The notes: generated by a model from the sequence alone, not told the origin. Positions 1 through 13,400 are shown, counted from the stretch's first letter. The stretch is 64,000 bases of DNA from Auanema rhodensis (GCA_964057225.1 OZ059896.1:17918001-17982000); one strand, 5' to 3'. A program made the numbers and translations.

Positions 1-914
1 CTGAACCTGGTGTTTGCACTCATGGTTCCAGACATTTGTCTGAACTCAGAAGAAAGCTGCTCTACCGATGCCATTCAAGAATGCGAGATAATGAATTGAC
101 AAAAAATTTGAAGATAATTAGGGAGAAGGAAGGTTTAGAACGTGTCAAGAGAACCTTTTTAATCGATAAGACACATCACAGTTGAATTATTATCAATAGC
201 TCATGTTGTGGACGGACATGCATAGTTATACATATAACTCTACAAGATTCATATAACCTCCTTCCAATGAACCACAGATAAGCAATTATGCAACCCAGTT
301 ACAAATCATGCATGACGCACACTGTTAATGAAGCTTTAAAAACAACGTTTTACCATACTTCACAGTTTATCATACATATGCTCAAAAGTTATTTATGAAA
401 CCAATACTAATGAATAAAGAGCTTAGATTTTAAAAACAATATTTTTGGAACAGAGTATTTTTATCAAATGTTTATTATTATTACGTCAAATTAAGACACG
501 ATTAAAGTAGAATTGGTCTTGAAAACATTACTATTCTGAAACAGGGAACATGAAATGATCATTTCGCAAACACATATGATGTTTGTATCTATTAAGCCCT
601 CAATTCGAAAGCAATCCAAAACCAAATGTGAGTAGAGAATAATGCATTATGAGGATCAATAAGGGTATTTACAACCGAAAAAAGGTGATAAATAAGAAAG
701 AGCTTCAGCTCTAAGAGAATTCGGTAATTTAACTGAGGTAGGAAAATAACAATACATGGAGAAAAGCAGCTATGTTAAAAAAAGAAATTAATAGAATATG
801 CAACTGAAGAATGAACAAGTGCCATAAAATGAATGATAACCATATGGATGACTAATAGTATACCGGAGAAAAAAAAACTTTCAAAACATGCAATAATGTA
901 CAGGATATACATAT

Positions 915-3900
915 TTACCAGCGGGATTTTCGTGTCGTTGCCCGATTTAATTGCACATTTGTCGAACTTTGTTCTAAAAGGATCAATGGATAAGAAATAT
1001 TATTTTCAAACAATCGTTACCTCGCCGACTGACTGGTGGAGGGCAAACTGGTAACTGGGTAATTGGTGGAACTTCGTTATCTTGTTTCTTAGGTGAAAAA
1101 CCTATAAAAATAAGTTTAAAAAATTAAGGTTTTGATATATTACAACCTAACCCAAACTCTACAGCCAACCGATCTGCGATAGAGGGCCTTGGTGGTGGCT
1201 TTGGCTGTTCCTCTTCAGCCGCTTTACTCGGCCTCTGTAGTAATCTCAACTTAGACGAAGGCTGTGGTAGCGTCGCTTCTTCTGTTGGTGTAGCAATTTC
1301 TCCATAGATATCCTTTTTTAAAGCATCCACCGATTTTGCAGGTTCAGGAAGCGTGATTGGCATCAAGGTCGTCTGATTCTATATAACCACTTTTAGAGGA
1401 GGGGGAGGAAAGAAAATTCATACAGCTAAATTATCCATAGACGGAATAAAACCCCTCTGCTCTGTGCGAGGAGAATGACCAAGTTCTCCCGATGTAACAC
1501 GAGGTCTCAGTTTTCTATAATCTTCAAGACTAAGCCGTTTAGACTGAAAAAAAAAGAAGAAGCATAAATTCAAAAGTTTATTCAATGAAGTACCGTCTTT
1601 TGAGGTAGTTCTTCTACTTTACTCTTTGAGTCATCTTCTTCCAGTTTAAAATCTGTAAGCTCTTCTGTTACTGAGCCATCTTTGTGTGAAGTAGTAGGAA
1701 CACCTATAAATCAAAACAAGAATAAACAAAAAAAAATAGTATCAAGAGCACTTACCATCAGTGGAATTTGGTAACTCAAAAGGCGTTTCTCCCAGCTTTT
1801 TAAGCACTACCGTCGCAGAGCTCTGGAGTTGAGCTCTTAGCTCAGGGGAGTTCGTAGAATCTTGTGTTTCTGACTTTGCTTCCTCAGAGCAACTGAATCG
1901 TGTTGTTCTACGTCTTTTCTGTGGAGAATTCTGAACAGAAAACGACATTAACTCAAAAAGAAAAACATTTCATACCGAAGTTGTTGGGGTAACAGGTAAA
2001 ACATTAACAACAGTTTTAGCAGCAGCATTTTCAACGGTTTGTGCAGCATGTCTTCTGAGCCATTGTTTCTTTCCTGGGGCAGATGAAAAAGGAATTTCTT
2101 TTGGAGTAGACAGTGCGAACAATGGTGCTGATGTATCTAAGAATGATTACATGCATAGTTATGGTTCGGAAATAGCTTACTCTCTGAACCAGTCTTTTCT
2201 TTTTCACTCAATCTCTTTCTTAGAGTAGGTGTTTTATTGATCTCCATATCTTCCTCTCTCTTGACAACAGGACTTGTAACGAGCTCAGGATCGTCCTCCT
2301 TCTTACTACGACGTCTAGTTGGAGATTCGAAGCCATTTTTGCCAGTACTTTTACGTTTTTCTGCTGATTTAACTTCGATCTTTTTAGCTTTATTAGTTTC
2401 CATAAAAGCTAACTGAGCCTGAATCTTCTTATCTTCTCTACTCTTAAATCATTTATAACTTTTAAAACAAATTGAAAATAAAAACAACATACCGGTTTGT
2501 TTCTATCAGCAGGTAATGTATAATTTACGTCACTCTTATCCATTTCTTTAGCAGCTGATTTTCGGGTCGATCTCGTTAAAATAAGTTCTTCTTTCTATAG
2601 AATGATATAATCAATACTTATAAATTGAAAACGAAATGACAGACCTCCTCTTTGTCAGAATCTTTTTTGCTATCAGAAACGTTAACAGTTTCAACAGCAG
2701 TAGGCAATATATTAGATACTTCTTCTTCACTCTTTTCTTCTTTAACAGAACGAGGCGATTCGACTTCCACCAAAGGCTATAAGAAAAAATAACATACAAA
2801 AACACCAAAGCAAGAAAAGAAAAAAAAGCAAACCTTAAGCTCCTGCTTCGATTTGCGCCCTCTGCCTTTTGGTCGCCCTCTCTTATCACCTTTTTTCTCA
2901 TCCTCAGCGGTATTATCAGAATCCTTAAATATAAAAATTAGAAAAAAACAAAGGTGACAGCAAATTACCTTAATGTTACGATGCCCCAACACATAATTAT
3001 TGCCTGGTTGCAAAAATAGACAGCGATCTCCATCGATGCTGGCGTGTTGCTTACACCAACAATTCTCTCTCATATCATTCACAGCAGTATCAATATCGAA
3101 CGGTATGGTAATCTACAACAAAAACAACTTTCAATATTGAGAATTTTCAGATATTCAAACCTCAGTTCCATCCGCAATAGATTCATTAGCCACTAAGTAA
3201 AGATTGAGTTGTCCATTATTCAAAGAATGCTTAATAGACGTGTTCGGACGACAGCATCTGAGGTTTTCGTGTTAACGTATATATATATATATAAACCTAA
3301 GATCATACCTTCTCGCAAATCGACCTTCCCCGCCTATTTTACTAGCATCGATGCAAATATAGGAATCTTTATGAGAATCATCGGAAGATGATGACTGTAT
3401 TAATCCATCATACAAGACACAGAATCTTTGAAAGCCTTCTTTAGTTCTTTCATCTGGTAGCATAACGTTGCCAATATATTCAATAATTACTTGACCAGCT
3501 TTTACTTCGCGAGTAGCAACCAAACCTGACATACATTTAGTTTTATGTTTAGATTAATTAAAATACAAACCTTCAAGATCTGGTGCTACAATCATATTCG
3601 TGGCACCGTTCTCCAAAAAAACACTCAATTCTTTAAGGTCTGTTCCACTGTTAGGTGTAAGTTCCAGAAGTTGTCTTGCTCTTCGGCTTAGATTGTTCTT
3701 ACCAATCACTGTGTATTTCTTCGAGTAATTGTTAGGCATTTTATGAGTTCTAGATGGTGTGGGTATCTAAAACGTTTTCTATAATTAAAAAAGCTAGCTA
3801 TTTGATATTACCTTTCTAATAACTTCCTTATTACTAACAGAAGCCCGCCGACCTTTTCTGATCGGATGGTGGAAACCAAGCTTTTCCTGCAAGTAATCAT

Positions 3901-6741
3901 GAACAAAGAAGATCTTTAAAATATTTACTTGGATTTGAAGAGCTTGTTCTGTAGTGAACGGTAGCTTGCGAGGATCACAAATATCACACAACCATTTTTC
4001 AGGAAAACTGCTTTCATCATTAATACCATAGCACGGACCGTGTTGCCAAGAACTGAGATAACAAAAAATAAACGAATATAACTGAAAGAAACTTACTTGC
4101 AACGATCACAGCAAACTGTGAGTCCTAAACCGTGGGCAAGACCGCAAACGCATCGAGTAAACCAGGCATCCTATAATAGCGAAATTGCTAAACTACTTGA
4201 GACAAAGCTTTCTCTTACATCATCCTCGTCATCATCTACATGTTCTTGATCTTGATCTTTTGCACCAATATCAGGCTCGGGAACATACTTCTTCTCATGT
4301 TCTATTTCACTTTGCTCTTCAAAGAAAAAAAAATTAAAAAAAAAAAAAAAAAAAACATACTTCGTCGACCCCGCCCCTTAGTTACAGGAACTGGTGTCTC
4401 TATTTTGTTAGTTACTTTCCTGCCTTGTTGGTAAGAGAACCTTGAGTTATTATTAGTATTCCCCAAGCTTCCAAATGATGACACGTGATTATTGAAGTCG
4501 AGCTAAAATATACAGGATTAAAAGAAAAAGGAAATTTTGAATATCTTACATTTGTTCTCGTTGGTGACGCTCCAGGAGGCCTTAAGTGGATATCTTTTGG
4601 ATTAGAATAAGAAAGATTAAATGACTTTGTAGGTGACCCGTTTGTTGCATAAGCACTTTGTGGCGAAGACGAACCAATTGTTCCACTACTATTGCTCAAA
4701 GAATTTCTAGTTCTGCTCTAAAATTCAGAAAAATATTATCAATAATCAAGGCTCTAAATATTACATTAATATTTCCCCGCGGCCTGCCGCGCGCTCGTAT
4801 TGTTTCAAAAGGCACATATTCCGATCCTGCGGATGCAAGAACTTGACTATCTACAACCGGTCTCTCGTACAGTTTTTCCAATTCCTATAATTTATTTAAA
4901 TTGAATGAACTAAATGTGAAAACTAACTATTTGTTTAGTAACTGAAGCAATCTTCGCTTTAACCATTTCTGCGTTGGCATCTTCCAGCCTAGATGTAAAT
5001 TCTATCGATGCAGTATTTGGAGAAAGTGAAAAGTCAGATGACACCTGAAAAAAATAAGCAAATTAAGTCAATTTAAGAAAATTTTACTTTAGTTTGAATC
5101 TGTTTAGTATTATCTTCCATGATATTTTCTGGAAAAGAATGAGGATCAGATGCAGGCACATTAGGACGAGTCGGAGTATTCCGCTATAAACAAAGTTTAA
5201 ATTTCCTTCTATTAGCGTTCTACTTACCACAGGCACATTGGAGTTAGGGGCACTAATATTTATTTGTCTATGAGGAGGGACAGGCTTATTTGGAGGCATT
5301 TTTCGCTGCAGAGAGTTCGGGGTGGATATGAACATTGAGCCCCTAACATCTCCGCGAAGCGGTGAATGTGTGTGACCTACAGCACCATCCATAAAGTGAA
5401 CCTAGAATATGATGAATGAATTATATTCATTAAAACATTCTAAACTTGTTTTCTAGGCGATTGCATAGGGGATCTAAGTATTGTAGAACCAATCGAGGCG
5501 GAATCATCAGAATCATCACGTTTGGTACGAGAATCTTAAATAGGTACAATTATAAAAAAATGATAAATATATTGGCTAACTTCTTGGAGTTATGTTTCTA
5601 TTTCCACAAACAAGCATTGGTGCTGGAGCATTAGCCACCGCGGCTTGACTAGGATCAGCAGCATTGAACTGTGGAGCTGAAGCAGATTGCCTTGTAGGCG
5701 CCACACTACTATGTCGAAACTCTTGCAATCTAAACATAATGGTATTTTCTATTTCTCTAACGTTTAAAAACCTATGGGGTGGTTGATCAATCTTTCGAGG
5801 AGCAACAAGAAATTCTGATGATGTGCCTTGACTTACACCACTAGTCGATAATGTTCGTGGTCTATAGAATAACATTAGATTTAAAAAAAAAAAAATATAA
5901 TATACTTTGGCAAAGTTCCAGTACGAATAGTAGCGGCACGAACACCATCCCCAATAAAGTAATTACCAGGGCTAGTATTCCGGTTACCTGAGAATTGAGA
6001 GTGACCTTCGTGAAAGGTAGACGAATACTCCGCTGTAAACAAACACGACTAAGATATGTCAAACATCATATAGGCATACCCTTTCTGGTGGCCAATCTAA
6101 AACTAGGTTCGGACCTTCGGCGATCATCAACTTCACGAATTAAAGAGCCATGCCTGAATCAAAAAAAAATAATCCAGAATTTAAAAAAAATATAAAACCT
6201 ATTAATATCGCGCGATGTAACACGAGAATGAATTGCGGAATCTAAGAATTAATTTTAATTCAAAATAAATAGAAACAAATGACGTACCAGTTTTCTCAGT
6301 TAATGATATTCCATCTATTGTTTCAAATTTCTTTAACTCTTCAGGATTAGGTTTGTAGCGTTTTGCAGGATCAGGTACATCATAATTATGGTCCTCAAAA
6401 TGGAATCAGTAAAAAAAAAAAGAAAATGAAATTTCTCACAGAATAAGGCAAGCCCATATTCACATTATAATCGAGACCACCATTTTCATCATCATCAGAG
6501 TCGTCTAATCGAACCTGCAGATTATTAACATTAGCGATTGTAAATTATATTCTTTACCGTTTTAATTTCCTCTGATAAATCTGTTGGTACACTCGATATT
6601 CGAACTGGTCCCGTAGTTGAACAAGGCATATCATCAACCAAAACGTTATCAGCTAAATAAACCACAGTACTTAAAAAAGAAAAAAGAAAAATTACATTGG
6701 GCTTCATCTGCACAAGGATTTTGTTCAACTTCTTCAGACAT
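915..6741 (-). CDS. set-26: Multi-exon PHD-finger + degenerate SET-domain chromatin protein, SET-26/SET-9 (MLL5/KMT2E, SETD5, UpSET) family
   Basis: Manual splicing gives a start MSEEVEQNPCADEAQ (ATG 6741), then GLPYS|DHNY (HCF-binding-type motif), a PHD finger (TRCVCGLAHGLGLTVCCDRCNSWQHGPCYG...WLCDICDP), a SET domain (GLVATREVKAGQVIIEYIG...IDASKIGGEGRFARRCCRPN...EITIPFD), family-like motifs SREDKKIQAQLAF and KRLSLEDYRK, and a C-terminus ...TRKSRW* (TAA 917-915). set-9 and set-26 are paralogues in C. elegans, so the symbol denotes the orthogroup. Not every internal exon was checked. Confidence 0.85.
3040..3600 (-). other. SET domain (MLL5/SETD5-type, probably catalytically impaired), split over several exons
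   Basis: IIEYIG, IDASKIG, RFARRCCRPN (canonical RFINHSCxPN), EITIPFD (canonical ELxxDY), followed by a Cys-containing post-SET-like segment CWC...C. Boundaries approximate. Confidence 0.8.
3975..4170 (-). other. PHD finger split by one intron
   Basis: C4-H-C3 pattern CVC...CDRC...H..C...CDIC across exons ~4098-4170 and ~3930-4052. Confidence 0.85.
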
Positions 6742-6816
6742 TGTCAGACTATAAGCCGTAATTGAAAGGCAACGCTATCATCAAGAAGAGCTCAGGTATC
6801 GCCAGCGAGAAAAGAA

Positions 6817-6824
6817 CTAAAAAA
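6817..6824 (-). promoter_or_regulatory. Candidate trans-splice (outron) or 5'UTR acceptor for the set-26-like gene
   Basis: TTTTTTAG on the minus strand ~75 nt upstream of the ATG at 6741. Confidence 0.35.
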
Positions 6825-7334
6825 TACATCATGTTTAGCATGAAATCGAAACATAAAAAATAAACATTAACTAGAACAATTTTGAAAATTATTTTAAGTT
6901 TATAAAACAAATATAAGAAAATGGGAAACGTAATTTAAAAATATGCAAATATTTCCCAATATTATACAGTATTTAAAAAAATTTTTAATAATCACTATTC
7001 CGTGTAATTTAAAATTAATAAAAACAACTATTTTTATACGTATTTGAAACAGTATCTGTCCCAGCTTCCTTGGCAGACTTCCAACAGCCTTCGCGTGATT
7101 AATAGAGGTCCTAACACGATCGCACACTCGTTGAAAATTGGCGATAGTCCAAAGTTATCTTAGTTGAATAAAACTTAACTTTTTTAAAATTAAAATATTA
7201 TAACTATTCCGGTACGGTATTTTTGCATAACTTTCTCAAAAATCCGGTAATACAATAAATAAATAAAATTATTCTAGAAACAATCTAGGGCAGGAGTATT
7301 ATAATTATTACAAAATCTATCAAATTTATATAAA

Positions 7335-7340
7335 TTTCAG
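7335..7340 (+). promoter_or_regulatory. Candidate spliced-leader trans-splice acceptor of nol-10
   Basis: The consensus nematode acceptor TTTCAG directly abuts the ATG of the conserved NOL10 N-terminus (TTTCAG|ATGCAAGTC). Confidence 0.65.
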
Positions 7341-10300
7341 ATGCAAGTCTCAAAGGCTAATGATGTGAAGATATATAATTTAAGTTATGGAAAAAGTATA
7401 CCAGAAGTAAGATAAAACATTATTAAAAAGTATTGAAAATGTTTTTAGTGGATGAGCAGTGTTGCCCGTAGGAAATTAGAGAAAGGAAATATTGGTAGCT
7501 TAAAGATCGACTAATAATACTAATTTTGTAAAAAATTACAGATGTAAGACGTAGAATACAATTAATTCAAGATTTTGAAATGCCTGATATGAGTAATACC
7601 ATCAATTTCTCTCCTGATGGCCGTTATGTCTTTGCCACAGGTTTGGTAACGCATTTACTTTATTTGACGTACTAACTTAGGTAACTATAAACCCGTTGTT
7701 AAATGTTACGATTTAAACGATCTCTCTATGAAATTTGAACGTGGCATAGATACTGAAATTCATAAATTGATAGTTATTAGTGATGATTATTCAAAGGTAT
7801 TTCTATTGGCAACTGTTTATAAATTTGCATGTGTTGTTTTAGTTTATTATGTTACAAGATGAACGATATATAGAATTTCATGCAGCGTTTGGAAGATATT
7901 TCAGAATGAGGATGCCCAAATATGGTCGAGACATGGCCTTTTCCCGAGAGTGCAGTGACTTATACCTGTGTGGAACTGGGTAAATTAAGGTATAAATTGA
8001 AATTTTTATTGTATTTGTTGCAGCGATGAAATTTATCGTTTAAATCTGGAGCAAGGAGAATGGTTGACACCTCTTGTCAGTGGGTCTAAGGGAATTAATT
8101 GCTGTAAATTTGCAGAACAACATCAATTGTTTGTTTGTGGTGAGTATAGGTTATTCATTTCATTATGTGTTGTGGGTTAAGGAACATCGAGTGGTGTTGT
8201 CGAAGCTTGGGATCAACGTGATAAGAATAGATTAGGATTGTTGAACGTGTCGTCTTGTTTATCCGAGTATAACAAGTATATTTTTCCTTGTTTCTTCGTT
8301 TTCATATTAATTAATTTCAGTGGCAATATTAGTGAAATTACATCGATTTCTTTCAAGGATGCTCTTCATTTGGCAGTTGGTACTAGTACGGGTCAAGTAA
8401 GACTTCCAGAATAAATTTATTTTTATGTTTTTTATTTAAAGGTTGTTCTCTATGATATTCGATCCAGTCGCCCACTTCTAGTCAAAGATCATTATAACGA
8501 ATTACCAATTATAAAAATAGACTATGTAAAAAGGTAATTTGAATTTTATTATTCTATTTCTAGTTTTTTCTTTTCAGAGATGAGGGTGATTTAATTCTAT
8601 CTTTGGATAATCGAGTCTTGAAAATGTGGAATGAAGAAGATGGCTCCGCTTTCTCTGCTATTGAGAGTGATAATAAATTAGTCGATTTCAATCGTTATCC
8701 CGATTCTGGTATTTTTATTTCTTTCGATTAGATTATGTGTAGTATTCTCTAGGTTTAATTTTCTTTGCGAATGAGGCTCCTAGGATGCTGCAATATTTTG
8801 TACCGTCACTCGGCCAAGCTCCAAAATGGTGTTCATTCTTGGAGACAATCACCGAGGAATTAGAAGAATCCGAACAACAAACAGGTTTGTGGATTACATT
8901 TTTTCGAAAATACCGTTTTTTCTTTTGCAGTTTATGACGATTATAAGTTTGTTACCAAGCAACAACTGGAGGATGTTGGGTTGGCTCATCTTATTGGTAC
9001 TACTGTTCTACGAGCTTATATGCATGGTTACTTTATCAACGCCAAACTATATGCTAAAGCTCAAACCCTTACTCAACCATTTGCTTTCAAGAATTATAAA
9101 GATAGAAAGGTATTCGCATTACCATTCTTAATTTTTTTAAAAATTGCCATTTTGAATTGCAGATTCGTGATATTATGGATAAAGAGCGTGAAACTAACAT
9201 TGTTAAAGCTAAGAAAGATAATCTACCTAAGGTATGTTTACGATATTCTTTATTTGTTTAGTATATGTCTTTCTAGGTCAATAAAGAATTGGCTCTTCGA
9301 TTGCAAGGGAGTGCTGCTGCTTCTAAAAAGAAAGGCAAAAAGGTTCGATTAGCTAATTACTTTTTTTTAAATGTTTCTTTTTTTAGGAAACTTCGGCAGC
9401 TATTCTTAGTGATGATCGTTTCAAACAGCTCTTCCAATCTTCAGACTTCCAGGTTAATCCATTTCAAAGTTTTGTCTGTTTATTTAATTTCTCAGGTGGA
9501 TGAGGAAAGTGAAGAGTTCAAAAGAAGAGTGGGACAAAGGAAAGTCGTTGCTCAACCAGTGGACAATGAAAACGACAGTGATGTTGAAAGCGAACCGGAA
9601 GAATCCGAGGGAATGGTTAGTTTTTGCTTTCTGTAACTTGAGAAAAAATCAAAATGCTACTTAGGAGTTATCACTTCCAAATTACGATGATGAGAATCGA
9701 AACGATAATAATATGGATTCTGATTTGGATTCTGATTATGGCCATGATGAAGATGATAGCGCCAAGGTTTCTGACATTTCCTTATTCCTTTCTATCATAG
9801 TATATATCTTTAGGCTTTGGCTGCAAAAGAAAAGATGAAACGCATGAAGGAGAGGAAGGAAAGACAACGAGAAAAGTTCCTCAGAGACAAGGCAGCTGAA
9901 AAGGCTGAGAGGTATAGCTCGATATGTGGTATTTGGAATTATCCCTTTATTCCAGAGAGCGTCGCCAAGAAAATAAGCCCACTAAGTTCGTTCTTCATGA
10001 AATTACTCCCGGTGAAAGTAGTAAGAAATTCCTTGATGATGCTGTTATTGAAGATAAGAAGGTATAATTGTAATTTGATATCTTCTGATATTCTTGTTCG
10101 TTTTAGGCCAGCGTGGCAATGTTCAAGCGTAAACTTGCTGAAAATAAGAAGTCCATGAAGGAAAATATAACGGAAGATGCCTTTGGAGGAAAGTCTATGA
10201 CATTTACTTTAGAGAAAACCGGAAAGGATGGAAGAGCAGCTAAGGAGAAGCAGGAAAGGGTAATCCTAATAGAAATATTCGATGTGCATAAAATGTTTTT

Positions 10301-10411
10301 CAGAAAAATCATCAGAAAGAAAGAAAAGAGGTTGTACGAGCCACTACGGATGCCATAGCCCGAAAATTAAAAAAGCTTCCTAGAAATATAGGGGCAGTTA
10401 AAAAATTGTAA
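7341..10411 (+). CDS. nol-10: Nucleolar protein 10 (NOL10/Enp2; WD40 + NUC153, small-subunit processome), ~21 exons
   Basis: Spliced translation MQVSKANDVKIYNLSYGKSIPE|WMSSVARRKLEKGNI|DVRRRIQLIQDFEMP...GNYKPVVKCYDL...KFERGIDTE...SDDYSK...IYRLNLEQG...PSLGQAPKWCSFLETITEELEE...YDDYKFVT...LRAYMHGYFI...DDRFKQLFQSSDFQ|VDEESEEF matches recognisable NOL10 motifs. The last exon 10304-10411 ends GAVKKL*; AATAAA occurs near 10593. Confidence 0.93.
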
Positions 10412-13400
10412 AATTATTGTTGAAAAGAATTGTTATTGATATGCAAAAAGGTAGATTTGATACGTAGTGTTAACTGTAAGTTAACCTCTATTTATTTTTT
10501 TGTTCTGTTGTTGATCATTTTTTGTTTTGTTGTTGATTGCATATTTTGTTAAATGAAATCGTTTCAATATAATAATCATTTCAATTAAAAAAAATAAATA
10601 TATCACTTATATGTACAAAATTTTGGAGGCAATACAAGCGGTAGTTTTTACTTTATTCTTTATGTTTTTTTTTCAAGTTTACTCATAAGGAAATATATTA
10701 TGACAATAGCAACATTACGCTAAGAGTTACCAGCACAATTTTAATTTTTGAATGTTTTTAAAGTTCTCGTTAGAGAAATATTGAATCTCCAGAATCTCGA
10801 CAAAGAACGCTGCAAGCGAAGTGGAAGGGTGAAACTGCTCTGAGTGTTCCATCTTCAAGCAAAAGCTCAAAAAGATCTGAATAAAAGTTTCAACAAGTTA
10901 TAAAATTTTGCTATAAGCTCATTACTTCTTCATATGTGTGATTGAAAATTTAAATATGGAAATAAACTGTAAAATTATATTTTAATATGAAATGTTGTTA
11001 TGTTCTTGATGTTATATATTGTTTTAAATATAAAACTTTATTTTCTATTATTAACAATACATTCACCAGTGGGCAATGAATCACGGAAATGTATCAACTT
11101 GATGAGTTATGAAGAATGAAATCGATGACTTTTTCAAAAATTTTGAATTACAAGAGCAATAACTAAGAAAAGGAAAAACAAATTTGGATTGAGTGTAAAG
11201 GTTTTTGTTGATTGCTAGATAAGGGAGCTGTGATCGATGAGAAGAATCATGAGACTACTAGGTTGAAGTATAAGTTAAGCATAAAGCCATACTTGGAATA
11301 AGACTCGAAAAGAGAAGAAAAAGGAAAAAGAGAAGGGGAGAGAGGGAAAGAGGATGGAAGTTGAAAAACAGAAGAAAGAGACGCAAGCCTTCCTTTACCA
11401 TAGACGGTGCTTGTGTGGACGTCGTTGCAGCGAATCGATTCGACGCAAACCAACGGCTAGCTTCACCCAGCTGAATATTCAGCTTCTATTCGTCGACGCC
11501 ATCTAAGCTCATTCAACTTAGTCCATCGATAATTCGAACACCTCGCTGCTATATATTATTTCTGGGAGAAAACTGATATACGAAGAAGTAATTTCAGGAA
11601 AATAATGCTAATTATTCGTTCTAATCTATATAATTCGCTATGTTTCTCAGTTTTATCATATTTTTATATTTTTAAGTAAAGTGAAATTATAATTTTTGTA
11701 ATTTTGTTACATATATATGTATATAAATATGTATTCGCTTGCATTTTCTCTTTCTATGTCTGAATCTCCTGCTTTTTCTTGTAATATCCTTTTTGATTCC
11801 AAGTAAATGCACATACGTATCTCTCTCTCTCTGTAATTTTTTTTCCTGATCTGGTTTTTATTTCTCTCCTTCTCTCTATCCTTTTCTGAAAAAAATATTT
11901 CGAATGATTATTCAAAAAAAATTCAATTTTTGCTCTTTAAGGAGACAAAACTCTAAGCTATTTTCTGTTCATTAAACTTGTTTTGGTTGCATGAACTCCT
12001 TTTCTACTTTCGAACAAGCTTACTGGAGCGTTTGCCAATATATATCCGCTCAAATTTATAAACAAAACTATAAACAAGCCTTGATTGCAGTATAATTTTG
12101 CTTATAGTCATGCTGTCAGCTTCAGAAATATGGATATCTCAGATGCTTATTTTTTGATATTGATAGATTTTAGCTTTTTTTACTTATTTAGTCATCCTCA
12201 GTTCTTTGTTATAATGTGGATATGATATATGCTTTTCTTATGAGTTAATTGTCATCGAACCATTAGCTGCCATTGCATTGATTATAAAGCCAAGTGCTCG
12301 AAACACAGAGAAAAGGAAAAAAGAACGAGATAGAAGGAGGAGATGGAGGGATAGAGGGGGTTTAAAGCTGCCCAACTAGAGCCATTGGCAACCTATAGTC
12401 TGGTTCCTCCTCCTTCTGCATCACCATCATTATCGCCCTCTATTTCTTGACTTGACTTTTAGAAAGTTTTTTGAACACTAAATCTAAATATTTCATTGCT
12501 TTTGCATAGCTTCCGTTCTTTTCAACTTGCAATTCGGGTTTGACCCACTGTCTTTTCTAATACAATAAGAAATGGGTGCATAGAATGGACATATGCCTCA
12601 AGACCCAGAGGATCGATGAACTGACAGATGGGATAGCCCGGTGAATTGGGGGAGCTCCAAATTTGGTCAAGCAAATGTTCTAGCCCGGGACATTTACAAA
12701 GCATCTTGTTCTTCTGCAATATATCAAAAATAATAGTCGTATTGTCTTCAAATGACAATATGTTCCCAAAACCGTTTCATATTTTTCATTTTTCCTCTGG
12801 GTTGTTGAAGGTGTTTATGATACAATCTTGCTAGTACTAGTCAACACACTTCAAGAAAGATATATATAAAGAATACGTATATATTCTTTTTTTATAACAA
12901 AAAAGCATTTTAATTAAGCTACAATCGATTGAAAATGGCTTTTGTGCAAGTTTAAGCTGAAGCCATACGTGAAGGTAACAGATTATTACCTTATAGTTGC
13001 AACGTTCTGTTTATATATTCAAAACTTCCACCATGAATTAACTTGCAATTTCTTTGGTAATATGATTCGGATATTCATTTGATATATCAACTATGACGAA
13101 CTTCCAATCTTTTTGAATATAAACTTACAATTGCAAGAAAAGAACGAACGATTTTCTAATCCAATTTTTCAATTTTATGCCATTTCCTTCCGCATAGATC
13201 GTTATTTTCTGAAAATTTTAGATTATACTTTTATATATTACTGTTTCTTTTAATGTTTTCTAATAGATTTGTCTTTCAAATTAAAAAAACTTCTTGCTGT
13301 GGCCTTGCTTCTTAGAAATTTTTTCTGATTTTAACACGTTCTTTATCTCTGTTTGTATGCATGAAAATATCTTTTTACAATGCAAAAAAATCTCATATTC

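Larger units (their letters stand above)
6742..7340. promoter_or_regulatory. Compact divergent (bidirectional) promoter region between the set-26-like gene and nol-10
   Basis: Start codons at 6741(-) and 7341(+) are 600 bp apart, head to head, with a GC-richer core at ~7050-7150 inside AT-rich flanks. Confidence 0.65.
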
